Positions 48,717 through 59,148 of a stretch of DNA of 64,000 nucleotides are shown here, in pieces. Origin of the DNA: an uncultured Gammaproteobacteria bacterium (GTDB lineage: Bacteria > Patescibacteriota > Microgenomatia > Levybacterales > GWA1-39-11). Every line of letters begins with the position of its first letter. Positions within the stretch are counted from its first letter, which is position 1. A program made the position numbers and the translations under genes. The stretch is from NCBI GenBank assembly GCA_964511305.1, contig CAZEEU010000002.1:17608-81607 (forward strand). Direction: 5' to 3'. Under the pieces are notes generated by a model. The model was not told where the DNA came from, did not search any database, and saw only the letters and a list, made by a program, of their open reading frames with translations.

Positions 48717-49619
48717 ATGGCTAAGAATAAGCGTCGTGGCGGTGGATATGGTTTTACAGTTAGTCTTACCGGTCCCGGTACGATTTTTACCATTGGTTTT
48801 ATCACTGTCGCAATCGGCATGGGACTACTTCTTGCACGTGGGGTTGCCCCAAAAAATATGTACTCTGACCCTGGCCCTACTGGAGACCTTGAAGTTATCC
48901 CAGAACCCGCCGATCCGGAGCAAAAAGGTCTTCAACTTAAGACGCTTAAATTCAAAGAATGCGCAAGCACACTTACCATTGATCTACTTGTAGATAAATC
49001 TGATTCCATGAATCGACAAACTAGCTCTGGAGTTGCCAAAATTGCTAGACTTAGGGAAGCGATAAGAGAGCTTATAAGCAATGCGGGAGATGATTCAATA
49101 ATCGGAATCCAATCTTTCACAACTGGCGATATCACAAATGATGTTCCTATTGCCTATTACAAAGACAATAAGTCTACTATCCAGGCAAAAATTACTGCAA
49201 TTGGTGGAAGATCTTCAACTCCTACTTATGAAGCGCTTACGTTTTCCTACAATCATCTAAAAGAGTCTATTCCGAAATTCCCTGCTGATAGGAAGTTCAC
49301 TTTCATATTTATCTCCGATGGTGGTCCATGCCCCGGTTTTGCCTGTCCCGGCAATGCAGGAGCTGATCAAGACCCAAGAATATACAGCCCCAATCCAGCA
49401 GATCAGATCAAAGGATTAGGAGTCGAGGTTTATAGCCTTGGAATTTTCGCCCCAGATGAACGCCAATATGTTTTTCAGATGGAAACCTTGCTAAAAAGCA
49501 TAGCAAGCAAACCAGAAAACTATTTTGCTGCAGAATCAGCAGATGATGTCAAAAGACTTCTTACAACAATTACAAGCAGGCTTTGCACTGGAGGCCCAAC
49601 GCCAACACCGAAGATCTAA
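48717..49619 (+). CDS. Membrane-anchored vWA-domain protein
   Basis: TM; DKSDSM MIDAS, TPT, FISDG. Confidence 0.88.
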   Translation: MAKNKRRGGGYGFTVSLTGPGTIFTIGFITVAIGMGLLLARGVAPKNMYSDPGPTGDLEVIPEPADPEQKGLQLKTLKFKECASTLTIDLLVDKSDSMNRQTSSGVAKIARLREAIRELISNAGDDSIIGIQSFTTGDITNDVPIAYYKDNKSTIQAKITAIGGRSSTPTYEALTFSYNHLKESIPKFPADRKFTFIFISDGGPCPGFACPGNAGADQDPRIYSPNPADQIKGLGVEVYSLGIFAPDERQYVFQMETLLKSIASKPENYFAAESADDVKRLLTTITSRLCTGGPTPTPKI

Positions 49620-49621
49620 CA

Positions 49622-49741
49622 TGAATAAAGAATGTAGAATAAAGAATGTAGAATTAAGAATTAAGAATTAAGCAATATGTTTTTATTTAAGAAAATCATT
49701 AAAAATGACCCCAATACATTATTCTCATCCCTTAATTCTTC
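49622..49741. repeat. Heptamer arrays (forward then reverse)
   Basis: AGAATGT AGAATAA AGAATGT AGAATTA x3; then TTATTCT...TAATTCT inside the next ORF start. Confidence 0.85.
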
Positions 49742-50279
49742 ACGGGGTCAGTCTTCTATATATATAGTGATAATTATAATGGTCATAATTTTTGCCGTAA
49801 TGTTTGTAGGTGGCGTAGAATCTCTATCATCCGGCAATGAGGCTTCCCCCGTCAGTATAACGCCATCCGCAGTAGCCGACTCAGGTTCAGCTTCCCCCTC
49901 CGCTGGCTCTGCCTCTCCTACCGCATCAACTTCTCCAACAGCGACTACCGCCCCGGCAACCTGGACTCTTGATGTTATACCTGGTGCGTGTGAAGGATTA
50001 ACTAAGGCTAAGTTCAAAAAGTTTCAGGTAGCCATTAATGGAAACTCCAAGGGCTACATTGCTGTTTCTCAACTAAAGGGAAGCTCTTATGAAGTTTATG
50101 GAACTAGTGAATTCTCACCTCCTCTACAGAATTATACGATGTCTCTACTATCTGACCTTCAATTCGATACAAAACCATGGAAAATAACTATATTTTCAGG
50201 TGGAACAAAAAATGGAGAAAATTGGGTGGGAGGATCAACACAAAAAATATATGACGGCCAACCAACGGGATGCAACTAG
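49677..50279 (+). CDS. Membrane-anchored protein with pilin-like N-terminus and S/P/T linker
   Basis: RGQSS + hydrophobic helix; paired Cys. Confidence 0.7.
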   Translation: MFLFKKIIKNDPNTLFSSLNSSRGQSSIYIVIIIMVIIFAVMFVGGVESLSSGNEASPVSITPSAVADSGSASPSAGSASPTASTSPTATTAPATWTLDVIPGACEGLTKAKFKKFQVAINGNSKGYIAVSQLKGSSYEVYGTSEFSPPLQNYTMSLLSDLQFDTKPWKITIFSGGTKNGENWVGGSTQKIYDGQPTGCN

Positions 50280-50323
50280 TGACTTGACATGATATATATA
50301 ATTGGTGCAAACTCAAAGTTAGC

Positions 50324-52015
50324 ATGAAATTATTAACAAAAATTAAAAAATTGCTGTTTTTCACCAGCATTTTAATCTTTGCATTATCTGGTCTGAGTTT
50401 TGTAGTATCCCCTAGACCAATAATTCCTGTTGCTCAAGCGGCGTGCCTAATTCCACCTCCAGTGTGCGTCCTTAATTTTTGCGTTGATTCTCCGTTGTGT
50501 GCTCTTGACACGGGTGATCTGAAAGATGCTGGTAAAGTTGCACTTTCACTTGCCGGAAAGGGATTCGGAGAAATTGATGATGTTCTTGCAAAAGTCGCTT
50601 CGCACGGCGGTGACGCTTGTTCAGTTGTTGTTAAACTAGCATCTGAACTTTCACCTGTTGATTTTGATAAGTTGGTTAAAAAATATGGGTGTGATAATAT
50701 TCCAGGTGGTGGTGGCGGTAGTAGTAGCGGTGGTGGCCAAGATGGATTTACCGGGTGTGAAACACCTATTATGACTGAGCGCGGTAGAGACTTCTGCGAA
50801 AGCTTCAGTAGCCATCAATGCTTTTGGTACTCAGGCTATTCCAGCGAATCTCCTAGTTGTAGAACAAATAGTGAAAATATGGATCCCAATCAATTGTGCC
50901 GAGATGGTGGGCATTGCTATATTGGACAGACTTGTCAGCCAGGCAATTATTGTTCATCTACTCCAGAGAGTCCATCAACCAGCCCAGCACCGACCAGTGG
51001 TGGTGGCTCGAGTGGAGGTACAGACACATGCACAGAGGTAGACAGAACAAAAGGTTTTGAGTGGAAATGTATGGATGGCTGCTCCGGGGGGTTCGATGAT
51101 ACCAAGAAGACGAATACTACACCGTTTCACCAATGCACTGCGGGACTAACCTGCTGCGTCAAAAAGACTGTGGCGATTGGCTCTGGCACAGGGACCGGTA
51201 CTGGAAGCACAACTCCTGCTCCAACACCAGCAACGCCAACTGAAATTGGATATTGCGGAGACTCTGTTCCAACATTAGGCACTTTGAAGCCAGTCAATGG
51301 GGCAACATGCGCAACCACTTCAACTGGTAATTTAAGATGGATAAAAAGGAGCACTGATTCATCAGGTTATGATAAATACTGTGATCGTCTAACCGGCCAA
51401 CAACAAGTATACTTCTACGAATGCGCTTCTGGCACGAGTGGTGGTGGATCAACAACACCAACTCCAACTACGACAGCTTCCCCTACCCCAACAACCTTTG
51501 TACCTATTTCTCAAGGTGGTGTGTGCAATCCCGTGCAAGGCCCATGGCAATGTCAGTCACCAAATGTATGTCTTACTGTCCCAGGTGAGGGTAGATGCTG
51601 CCCCGCAGGTACTCAATGGATAAATAATCAGTGCGTAACCCCCACTTCTACTCCAGCACCTACAACAACCCAGACACCTACTAACCCTACACCAATTTCA
51701 ACAGGAAGTACATGCAACGACTATATTCCAGCATCAAATATCCACCAAGTATGTAGAACTGGTGTAAATTCATGTATCGGCACCGAGGTTCAAAATACAG
51801 ATGGAAATAAAGCCTGTTCTGATTTCTACCAAAATACATCAACTTGCTGTCAATTACCTCCAAGCGCGGGACCAGCTGGAGGTTCATGTAATCTACCAGG
51901 AAGAACATGCAATCCTAGCTCAAATACTTCAACAGGAACAAATATTGCATGCACTGGATGCGGAGGATACTGCGTAGGATCAGGCACAACAGGATCCTGC
52001 CAAAATCCCTATTAA
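50324..52015 (+). CDS. Secreted Cys-rich multi-module surface protein
   Basis: Signal peptide ending AQA; many CC-containing modules separated by G/S/T/P linkers. Confidence 0.82.
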   Translation: MKLLTKIKKLLFFTSILIFALSGLSFVVSPRPIIPVAQAACLIPPPVCVLNFCVDSPLCALDTGDLKDAGKVALSLAGKGFGEIDDVLAKVASHGGDACSVVVKLASELSPVDFDKLVKKYGCDNIPGGGGGSSSGGGQDGFTGCETPIMTERGRDFCESFSSHQCFWYSGYSSESPSCRTNSENMDPNQLCRDGGHCYIGQTCQPGNYCSSTPESPSTSPAPTSGGGSSGGTDTCTEVDRTKGFEWKCMDGCSGGFDDTKKTNTTPFHQCTAGLTCCVKKTVAIGSGTGTGTGSTTPAPTPATPTEIGYCGDSVPTLGTLKPVNGATCATTSTGNLRWIKRSTDSSGYDKYCDRLTGQQQVYFYECASGTSGGGSTTPTPTTTASPTPTTFVPISQGGVCNPVQGPWQCQSPNVCLTVPGEGRCCPAGTQWINNQCVTPTSTPAPTTTQTPTNPTPISTGSTCNDYIPASNIHQVCRTGVNSCIGTEVQNTDGNKACSDFYQNTSTCCQLPPSAGPAGGSCNLPGRTCNPSSNTSTGTNIACTGCGGYCVGSGTTGSCQNPY

Positions 52016-52023
52016 GATTAAAC

Positions 52024-52668
52024 ATGGAAGAACAACTGCCCACAATACAACAGAGCCCAGAACAACCAAAAAAATCTGGAAATAAAAAGCTTCTCCTTTC
52101 TCTTGGGGGGATTGTTTTAATTTTAGCTATTATTCTTGTTACTTTCTTTGCACTCAAATCAACTTCAATAAAAGAAGAAAAGATAGCACCAAGCTCTGAA
52201 AGCCTTACAAATCCACTAAATATACAAGCTCTGCTAGGTTTTTCTACATTTAACTTGACGGCGGTTGATAAAAGATCCGAAACCGTTGACGTGACACTAG
52301 GAACAACAACTACGGCTGGTATTTCAGGTGGAACTATTGTTATCACCTATGACCCCTTTATGACAAATGACCTAAAGGTAAAACCAATAATTGGATCTAC
52401 CTCTCTTCTTCCAAACGCTATTTTCTCCGAGGTCAAATATAATCCCAACAATATAGTTATCACATTTTCTCTTCCCGAAGGATCTAATCCAGTTACGGGA
52501 TCGGGGAGAATTGCAGCTCTTACCTTTACACCTGTAGCTTACAATAAAACGGATAGATCTACTATATCTTTTGATCTAAAGCGCTCAGAGCTCTATACAA
52601 TAGAAAACGGACAGAAAAAAATATTAAGAGCTTCCCGAGCTGATCTTGATATAAAAATTCAGCCATAA
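52024..52668 (+). CDS. Membrane-anchored cohesin-like protein
   Basis: TM; ISGG.I.ITYDP, GSG.IA.LTF, TISFD. Confidence 0.7.
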   Translation: MEEQLPTIQQSPEQPKKSGNKKLLLSLGGIVLILAIILVTFFALKSTSIKEEKIAPSSESLTNPLNIQALLGFSTFNLTAVDKRSETVDVTLGTTTTAGISGGTIVITYDPFMTNDLKVKPIIGSTSLLPNAIFSEVKYNPNNIVITFSLPEGSNPVTGSGRIAALTFTPVAYNKTDRSTISFDLKRSELYTIENGQKKILRASRADLDIKIQP

Positions 52669-52714
52669 CCTATCCCAAAGTCTATTTCCTCGAATTTATG
52701 GCATACTTATAGAT

Positions 52715-53698
52715 ATGAAGAGTCAAGGATTTATTAATATCGTCATTCCCATCCTTATTCTTGTAACCGCTTTTGCCTTTATGCTTACAAGTGGCAAGAT
52801 GTTCAATATCTCAACCACTAATCCAAATGAAAAATACGAAAGTCCAGTCACTTCCGGAGACTCACAGAAAAAAAATCTTCAATTAAAAAAACTCACTTTT
52901 AAGCCAAAGCCCACTCCCGTTGGGGACGCGTGCAATCATGATATGTCAAAAAAGGTTGACCCAAATGTATGCACCAATTGCATTGCGTGGCTTGTCTACT
53001 GTAAAGATAACGCATGTGTTGATGTTGATACCACTAAATCGAAAATGCCAGGAGACAAAACAACCGTATGCCCAGAGTTTGAAAATTCGGGGTGGTGCAG
53101 AACTCTTGCCATGGAGGGAGACGGATGGTACTGCATAGGCAAGCCAGTAATATACCTCTACCCCACAGTCCCCACCCTTGTTAACGTCAAAATCAGAACA
53201 GAAGGCGCTGTTGTTGTAAGCGATCCCCAAATAGAAAAAGAGAATGGATGGACAAATGTCATGGCTCACCCAAATGGAATACTTTTCTACAACGATCAAC
53301 CATTCCGTGAATTGTTCTACGAGTCGGAGGCGCAAAATGTGAGTCAGCCGAAGGCCGGATTTGTTTTTAAAAAAGAAAATCTTAAAAAGGAATTAACTGA
53401 CTTCATAGAAAAATTAGGTTTAACACGTGAGGATGAAAAGGATGAATTCCTTGAGTGGTGGCTTCCCCGCTTGGAGGCATTTGAGTCTCCATATTGGTTT
53501 GTTTCAATTCTAGAAAAAGATGAAAAAAGACGTATTGATGAAGTGACAATATCTCCCAAGCCCGATACATTTATCGAGTTTATCGCGTATTTCAAGCCAC
53601 TTGAAAATGCTGAAGAAGTTGAAAAATTGATTCTTCCTCCTACTCCACAACGAAAAGGCTTTACAGCCGTCGAATGGGGAGGGGTTATTGGTAAATAA
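52715..53698 (+). CDS. Membrane-anchored protein with KPVIYLYP...VEWGG domain
   Basis: QGF + TM; Cys-rich segment; KPVIYLYP, LFYE, EFLEWWLP, VEWGG. Confidence 0.8.
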   Translation: MKSQGFINIVIPILILVTAFAFMLTSGKMFNISTTNPNEKYESPVTSGDSQKKNLQLKKLTFKPKPTPVGDACNHDMSKKVDPNVCTNCIAWLVYCKDNACVDVDTTKSKMPGDKTTVCPEFENSGWCRTLAMEGDGWYCIGKPVIYLYPTVPTLVNVKIRTEGAVVVSDPQIEKENGWTNVMAHPNGILFYNDQPFRELFYESEAQNVSQPKAGFVFKKENLKKELTDFIEKLGLTREDEKDEFLEWWLPRLEAFESPYWFVSILEKDEKRRIDEVTISPKPDTFIEFIAYFKPLENAEEVEKLILPPTPQRKGFTAVEWGGVIGK

Positions 53699-53801
53699 GC
53701 GAAGCTTGCCCTTTTGGCAAAGGGTGACACCGACCCTCCTCTTCTGGGCGCTGCCATGCAATGGCGAGTACTCTTGGGGTGGAGGGGTTATTGGAAGATA
53801 G
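53697..53801 (+). repeat. Hairpin insertion followed by a duplicate of the upstream gene 3' end
   Basis: GGAGGGGTTATTGG at the gene end (GGVIGK*) recurs after the hairpin as GGVIGR*; loops GAA and GCA. Confidence 0.8.
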
Positions 53802-54392
53802 CTACTGAAGACTAGCAAGCATTGCATCATACTGAGCCTCAATCACTGGATCTTTATCCCCTACATATGACAGCTGTAATCTTATAATTGAATACCCTTT
53901 TTGAAATAAAGCAACTTTCTCGTGAAGACGCAGAACTGAATTGCCACCTTTATAATAATAGCCAGGCATATCGCTACGCGCTATCTCTTTACTTTCGTAT
54001 TTGGCACTCTGGTAGGGTTTTGATAAGTCCTCAATTGTGTTATTTTGACGGGAAAAAACAACCACGCTTATCTCTTTTGTTGACGGGCTTACAAAGCGTA
54101 TGTATTCGGAAATGCCTTCGTTTGGTATTACACTTACAACCTGAAAGCTTTCAGGGTAAGCAATTGAAAAAATTTCAGAATTGTATCTTACCGACGTGAT
54201 ACTACCTTCCTGCGTTTTGACAATGCCTGGACTGGCATTTGTAGGTGCTGGAGTTATATTGGATTTGCCGGCCACACTAACGTTGTCAGCATTTCGCAAG
54301 GACACTATTGCAAATGTCGTAAGTCCTAGACATCCCACCACTATAATAACCGCCATTTTTTTCCATCCAAGCTTCTCTACTAGTTGTTCCAT
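53802..54392 (-). CDS. Membrane-anchored hypothetical protein (PsbP-like pattern)
   Basis: TM; FSIAYPESF; C-terminal YDAMLASL. Confidence 0.7.
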   Translation of the reverse strand: MEQLVEKLGWKKMAVIIVVGCLGLTTFAIVSLRNADNVSVAGKSNITPAPTNASPGIVKTQEGSITSVRYNSEIFSIAYPESFQVVSVIPNEGISEYIRFVSPSTKEISVVVFSRQNNTIEDLSKPYQSAKYESKEIARSDMPGYYYKGGNSVLRLHEKVALFQKGYSIIRLQLSYVGDKDPVIEAQYDAMLASLQ

Positions 54393-54411
54393 ATATTTAA
54401 ATATTATCAGA

Positions 54412-54452
54412 TTTTCTTAATTCTTGATTCTTAATTCTTAATTCTATATACT
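54412..54452 (+). promoter_or_regulatory. glyA promoter built from a heptamer array
   Basis: TAATTCT TGATTCT TAATTCT TAATTCT; TTGATT-N17-TATACT, ATG 9 nt later. Confidence 0.8.
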
Positions 54453-54461
54453 CGTGACAAG

Positions 54462-55778
54462 ATGCTAAGCCAACAAGATCCAGAAGTTTATGCCATACTC
54501 CAAAAAGAAGACAAGAGACAGCGGGATACTCTAACGCTTATACCTTCAGAAAATTACGCCTCCCTTGAAGTGAGATCCACCCTCGCGTCAGTATTTACAA
54601 ATAAATATTCAGAAGGATATTCAAAGAAAAGATATTATCAGGGAAATGCCAATGCTGATGACATAGAAATGCTAGCAATGGAGCGAGCAAAAAAATTATT
54701 TGGCGTTCCTTTTGTAAATGTCCAACCTTATTCAGGAAGTCCGGCAAATACGGCAGTCTATTTTGCACTACTCGAACCTCTAAAAAGCAAAATTATGGGA
54801 CTTGCTCTGTCATCTGGAGGACATCTAACTCATGGGTCACCTGTTAGCTTTTCTGGCAAATATTTTAAAACTGTCAGCTTTCCTGTAACTCGCGACGGAA
54901 TCCTTGATATGGATGAAATAGAGAAATTGGCCATAAAAGAAAAACCGCAGATCATTGTATGTGGATTCACTGCATACCCACGAATTATTGATTTTGAAAG
55001 ATTTGGCAAGATTGCTGATAAGTGTGGGGCTTATTTACTTGCTGATGTGTCCCATATTGCTGGTCTTATTGCTGGAGGCGCTCATCCTTCACCCGCAAAT
55101 CACGCCCATATCATTATGACTACAACTCACAAATCTCTTCGCGGACCCCGAGGAGCAATGCTTATGGTAACTGAAAAAGGTATTCAAAAAGATCCAGATC
55201 TTCCAGAAAAAATAAATAAGGCGGTTTTTCCAGGCCTCCAAGGAGGACCTCACGATAACCAGACAGCAGCAATCGCTGTTGCGTTAAAAGAAGCCATGAG
55301 CCCGGAATTTAAAAAATATGCTCATCAAATAGTTAAAAACGCGAAAGTTCTTGCTGATGTTCTACTAGCAAATGGCTTTCGTCTTACAACAGGTGGCACG
55401 GAAAATCATTTAATTGTTATAGACACCATGTCAAAAGGGGTTAATGGAGCACTCGCCTCTTACGCTCTGGAGCTTGGGGGGATAATTACCAATAAAAATA
55501 CTATTCCGTATGACACACTTCCCCCTTTCTATCCGTCAGGTGTAAGAATTGGAACTCCTGGAAGTGCCACTCGGGGCATGAAGGAAAAAGAAATGAAGAT
55601 TCTAGGACAATGGATTGCTGATATTATCAAGGAATGCGAAGGAAATGTATTACCGGAGATAAAAGAAGAACGCGGACCTTTCTTTAAGAATTTTAAGAAA
55701 GAAATAGCTGAAAATAAAAAAATCAAAAAAATTGCTCTTGAAGTTAAAAGAACACTCAAAGAATTCCCGCTTCCCTAA
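54462..55778 (+). CDS. glyA: Serine hydroxymethyltransferase
   Basis: LIPSENY, NKYSEGY, GGHLTHG, TTTHKSLRGPRG, FPGLQGGP. Confidence 0.98.
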   Translation: MLSQQDPEVYAILQKEDKRQRDTLTLIPSENYASLEVRSTLASVFTNKYSEGYSKKRYYQGNANADDIEMLAMERAKKLFGVPFVNVQPYSGSPANTAVYFALLEPLKSKIMGLALSSGGHLTHGSPVSFSGKYFKTVSFPVTRDGILDMDEIEKLAIKEKPQIIVCGFTAYPRIIDFERFGKIADKCGAYLLADVSHIAGLIAGGAHPSPANHAHIIMTTTHKSLRGPRGAMLMVTEKGIQKDPDLPEKINKAVFPGLQGGPHDNQTAAIAVALKEAMSPEFKKYAHQIVKNAKVLADVLLANGFRLTTGGTENHLIVIDTMSKGVNGALASYALELGGIITNKNTIPYDTLPPFYPSGVRIGTPGSATRGMKEKEMKILGQWIADIIKECEGNVLPEIKEERGPFFKNFKKEIAENKKIKKIALEVKRTLKEFPLP

Positions 55779-55846
55779 AAAACGCGCTTCTTATTGACAC
55801 TCAAGTCTATCTTCACTACTATGTAAATAGTTGGCCTTATATAGAT

Positions 55847-56959
55847 ATGGTAAAAATTATTCCTCGAATTCTCTTTCTCATTGTAAGCCTTTTTTTTATA
55901 ATCCCTATGAATTTACAAATAAATGCATCAAACGAAAATTCTAAAATAGACACAAATAAAACTTTGGCTTTTATCCCAGGTACAGACAAACTACCAGATA
56001 GCTATATATGGACACAGAATTCATCACCTTGCTCAGCAGGTGAAGCTTATTGTTATCAAGACACAACAGGAAATTACCAACATGGAATCGAAAATACTCA
56101 AAACAATGATTTACCCCCGGCAGATCAATCAGTTAACGATAATCCAAATGGGAACACCAGTCGCAAATCTGGATATGGAGGGGATTGTACAATATTTGGC
56201 GGTTGCGTGAATGAAGGGGTATGCGAACTCACAGACATTGGAGGCATTAACGGTCAATGTGTTGCGCCCAGAACAGCACAGCCAACTAGTTGCAATAGTC
56301 AGAGTGGCCGGGCAAATGGATGCAACTGCGAACAATCAAATAACACTCAATGCGCAAGTCAATATTGTGGTGGACCATATCGAGTAGAAGATGTCTATCG
56401 CAGGGGAAGCCCAAAAACTATCGGCACCTGTCAATCGTCAACGGTGTCTGGTCCATCCGTAACACCTGGCCCTTCAAGTCAGCCTCTTGTATGCGGAATT
56501 ATTGGAGATCCTAATGCAGACGGGATGATTACTGACGCAGATGCCTTATTTGTAGGAAGAATGATGGCTGGCCTTGAAACATCAACTCCCGACAGGATAG
56601 CAAGAGCAGATGTTAATAATGACGCTATTGTAGACAGCAAAGATCAATTAGAAATAAGAAAATATGTTACAAAATTAATTACAACTTTTCGTGCTTGCAA
56701 TAGTTCTAACCCTCCCCAAGTCTTATGTCCTCCTGAGACGACAAATCCCAATACAACACTCAAGAACAAAGGGGATGCAAATTGCAGCGGTACAATAACA
56801 ATTCAAGACTACAATTTATGGCGGGATGAATTCATTGCTAAAGAAGCCAATACAACCAACAGAACAAAGTACGCTGATTTTAATGGTGGGGATGTTACGA
56901 TTTCTGACTATAATATATGGAGAGATAATTTTATAGCTACAAATAATGGAACAAACTAA
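55847..56959 (+). CDS. Secreted Cys-rich protein with two dockerin-like domains
   Basis: GDPNADGMITDAD...ADVNNDAIVDSKD; GDANCSGTITIQD...ADFNGGDVTISD. Confidence 0.85.
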   Translation: MVKIIPRILFLIVSLFFIIPMNLQINASNENSKIDTNKTLAFIPGTDKLPDSYIWTQNSSPCSAGEAYCYQDTTGNYQHGIENTQNNDLPPADQSVNDNPNGNTSRKSGYGGDCTIFGGCVNEGVCELTDIGGINGQCVAPRTAQPTSCNSQSGRANGCNCEQSNNTQCASQYCGGPYRVEDVYRRGSPKTIGTCQSSTVSGPSVTPGPSSQPLVCGIIGDPNADGMITDADALFVGRMMAGLETSTPDRIARADVNNDAIVDSKDQLEIRKYVTKLITTFRACNSSNPPQVLCPPETTNPNTTLKNKGDANCSGTITIQDYNLWRDEFIAKEANTTNRTKYADFNGGDVTISDYNIWRDNFIATNNGTN

Positions 56960-59042
56960 CAACCCAATCATCCAGTATATTAAGACTCTAAAAAGAAAAC
57001 AGATTTTTATGGCAATTGGTGGTTTAATTGTAGCTGGTGCTCTTGTCACAACGTTATATCTCGTAAAACAATCCCAGGACTTAAGACAACGGGCTTCTGG
57101 AGAAGAAGTTATACTCTCATATTCCCCTTCTCAAATACAATTAGCACAGCATACAGAAACTGCAATTGAGCTTAAAGCCAGAACCATAGCAGCAAATGTG
57201 AATGTTACAGCAATCCAAACGACTGTAAAGTTTGATCAAGATAAAGTCGAGCTCGTGAGATACGAAGACGGTAACAGATCGGCACTACTAACACCTCTTC
57301 AAACTCCGTCACCAAATAATGCAGCAGGTACCATGAGCGTTACCTTCCTGCGACCAACGGCAGACGCAACTGTTCTTAGTGGAGACATCAATCTTGGTCG
57401 GCTAATATTTAAATCTAAAGGAACTATCGGAGTAACTGACATCACGGCAATTAACTCTTTAGTTACTAAGTCTGGATCCTACACTGACATAACGCCGGGA
57501 GTTGAAGTATCCAGTCTCACTGTTTCGTCAAATACATCTGTTACAGTTACGACAGCACCAAGCGGAACAACCGCCCCCTCTCCTTCTCCAAATACTCAGC
57601 CGACAGGCTCACAGGTATATTGTGGAGATTCTAGTCATGTTGGTTGCACGGTTGGACTTTATTCCTGCTACGTTAACCTAGGCAATAATGTAGGCAAGAC
57701 ATGTACAGATGTGTCTGGCAGTAACGGCACATACAATTGCGTTAAATGCGCATATGTCACTCCATCGCCAACGGTATCCCCTAGCACAACCCCTGTACCA
57801 AGAGTTCCTGAATGTGGAGTTTCAACTATTCCACCTACGATAGGAGCTGCCCCACTCAAAGTAGCTTTACATGGTTCTGGAAAGTCAAATGCACTGGGAG
57901 TAGGAATTGCAGGATATGAATGGGATTTTGATGGAAATGGAACATGGGATTCTCCTGTCCAACTTGATTACATAGAACATATTTATACTGTTAATGGTAC
58001 ATATAGACCTAAATTCAGAATTAAGGGTCAAAATGGTAAATACAGTGAGACTTGCACTTACGGATATGAGGTGCTGGTTGGACCCATCTCAACAAATCCC
58101 AACTATGACGTGACCATTATTCCGCCAGCCAATCTTCAACCATCAGGCAATATAGATTCTGGAAGCCGAAATATAACATGGACAGCTTCAGCAAAAGCTG
58201 AGGGAGGTTACTATCTGAGAGTTAATGAGGATGGAATAGATACTACAACTTGGAACGCACCTAGTTGTGATTCGAATACAAATTTAAGAACCGGCGATAT
58301 TTGCGAAACAATTAACACAACCAGCTACTCTTATACATTTAAGCCTGGAAAGAATTACTTTGTATGGGTTCACAGTCGAGCAACTAATGGTAAATACGGT
58401 GAGCCAGTTGCCGCCACTGTAGTCACGCGTGCTGGTTCCGAGCCAACAACTTCACCCACATTAACGCCTACGGCAACTATATTTCCTACTGCAACTCTTG
58501 CACCAAATGATACAGCTATAAATGTGAACATTGCACTTCCTGGTATAGGCACTGGGGCTGAAAATCTGGGACTTAATGCAACCCCAATACACCCACAAAG
58601 AACTGCAACGCTTAAGCTATACGACAATACGAGTGCAAATATTAAAACAGTCGATGCTATCATGACCTACGTGCCACAGTCATCATCCTACTTTGGCCAA
58701 TTCCCATTGGGCACCACATTCCCAACAGGAGTGTATACTGCAAAAATTAAGGTCAACAATGCTCTCTATCGAAGCCTTGTAGGATCAATGCAAATTACAG
58801 GCGGCGTAGCAAATGCGTCTACTATATGGACAGGAACTCCAAGGAATCTTATTAGCGGAGATCTAAATAATGATAATACTCTTGGTATTATTGACTGGAC
58901 CTATATGATAGCTTGCGTAAAGAATGAGGCAGCTTGCACATCCGCAATAAGAGGTCTTGCAGACCTTAACGATAATGGAAGTGTTGACGAGATAGATGTT
59001 CAGATATTACAACGCGGGTTTGCATTACGTGACGGAGACTAA
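56946..59042 (+). CDS. Surface protein: TM-QDLRQRA, cohesin-like, PKD, dockerin-like
   Basis: V.FDQDKVEL/LGRLIFKSK; YEWDFDGNG; GDLNNDNTL..ADLNDNGSVDEID. Confidence 0.85.
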   Translation: MEQTNNPIIQYIKTLKRKQIFMAIGGLIVAGALVTTLYLVKQSQDLRQRASGEEVILSYSPSQIQLAQHTETAIELKARTIAANVNVTAIQTTVKFDQDKVELVRYEDGNRSALLTPLQTPSPNNAAGTMSVTFLRPTADATVLSGDINLGRLIFKSKGTIGVTDITAINSLVTKSGSYTDITPGVEVSSLTVSSNTSVTVTTAPSGTTAPSPSPNTQPTGSQVYCGDSSHVGCTVGLYSCYVNLGNNVGKTCTDVSGSNGTYNCVKCAYVTPSPTVSPSTTPVPRVPECGVSTIPPTIGAAPLKVALHGSGKSNALGVGIAGYEWDFDGNGTWDSPVQLDYIEHIYTVNGTYRPKFRIKGQNGKYSETCTYGYEVLVGPISTNPNYDVTIIPPANLQPSGNIDSGSRNITWTASAKAEGGYYLRVNEDGIDTTTWNAPSCDSNTNLRTGDICETINTTSYSYTFKPGKNYFVWVHSRATNGKYGEPVAATVVTRAGSEPTTSPTLTPTATIFPTATLAPNDTAINVNIALPGIGTGAENLGLNATPIHPQRTATLKLYDNTSANIKTVDAIMTYVPQSSSYFGQFPLGTTFPTGVYTAKIKVNNALYRSLVGSMQITGGVANASTIWTGTPRNLISGDLNNDNTLGIIDWTYMIACVKNEAACTSAIRGLADLNDNGSVDEIDVQILQRGFALRDGD

Positions 59043-59045
59043 TAT

Positions 59046-59131
59046 AGAATTAAGGACAATGAATAAAGCGTAAAGAGAAAAGTTGACAGTAAAAGAAAAT
59101 TGCTTAATACTTAATTCTTGATACTTGATTC
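59046..59131. repeat. Inverted pair of heptamer arrays
   Basis: AGAATTA AGGACAA TGAATAA AGCGTAA then TAATACT TAATTCT TGATACT TGATTCG. Confidence 0.75.
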
Positions 59132-59148
59132 GAATAATACTGCCTAAC

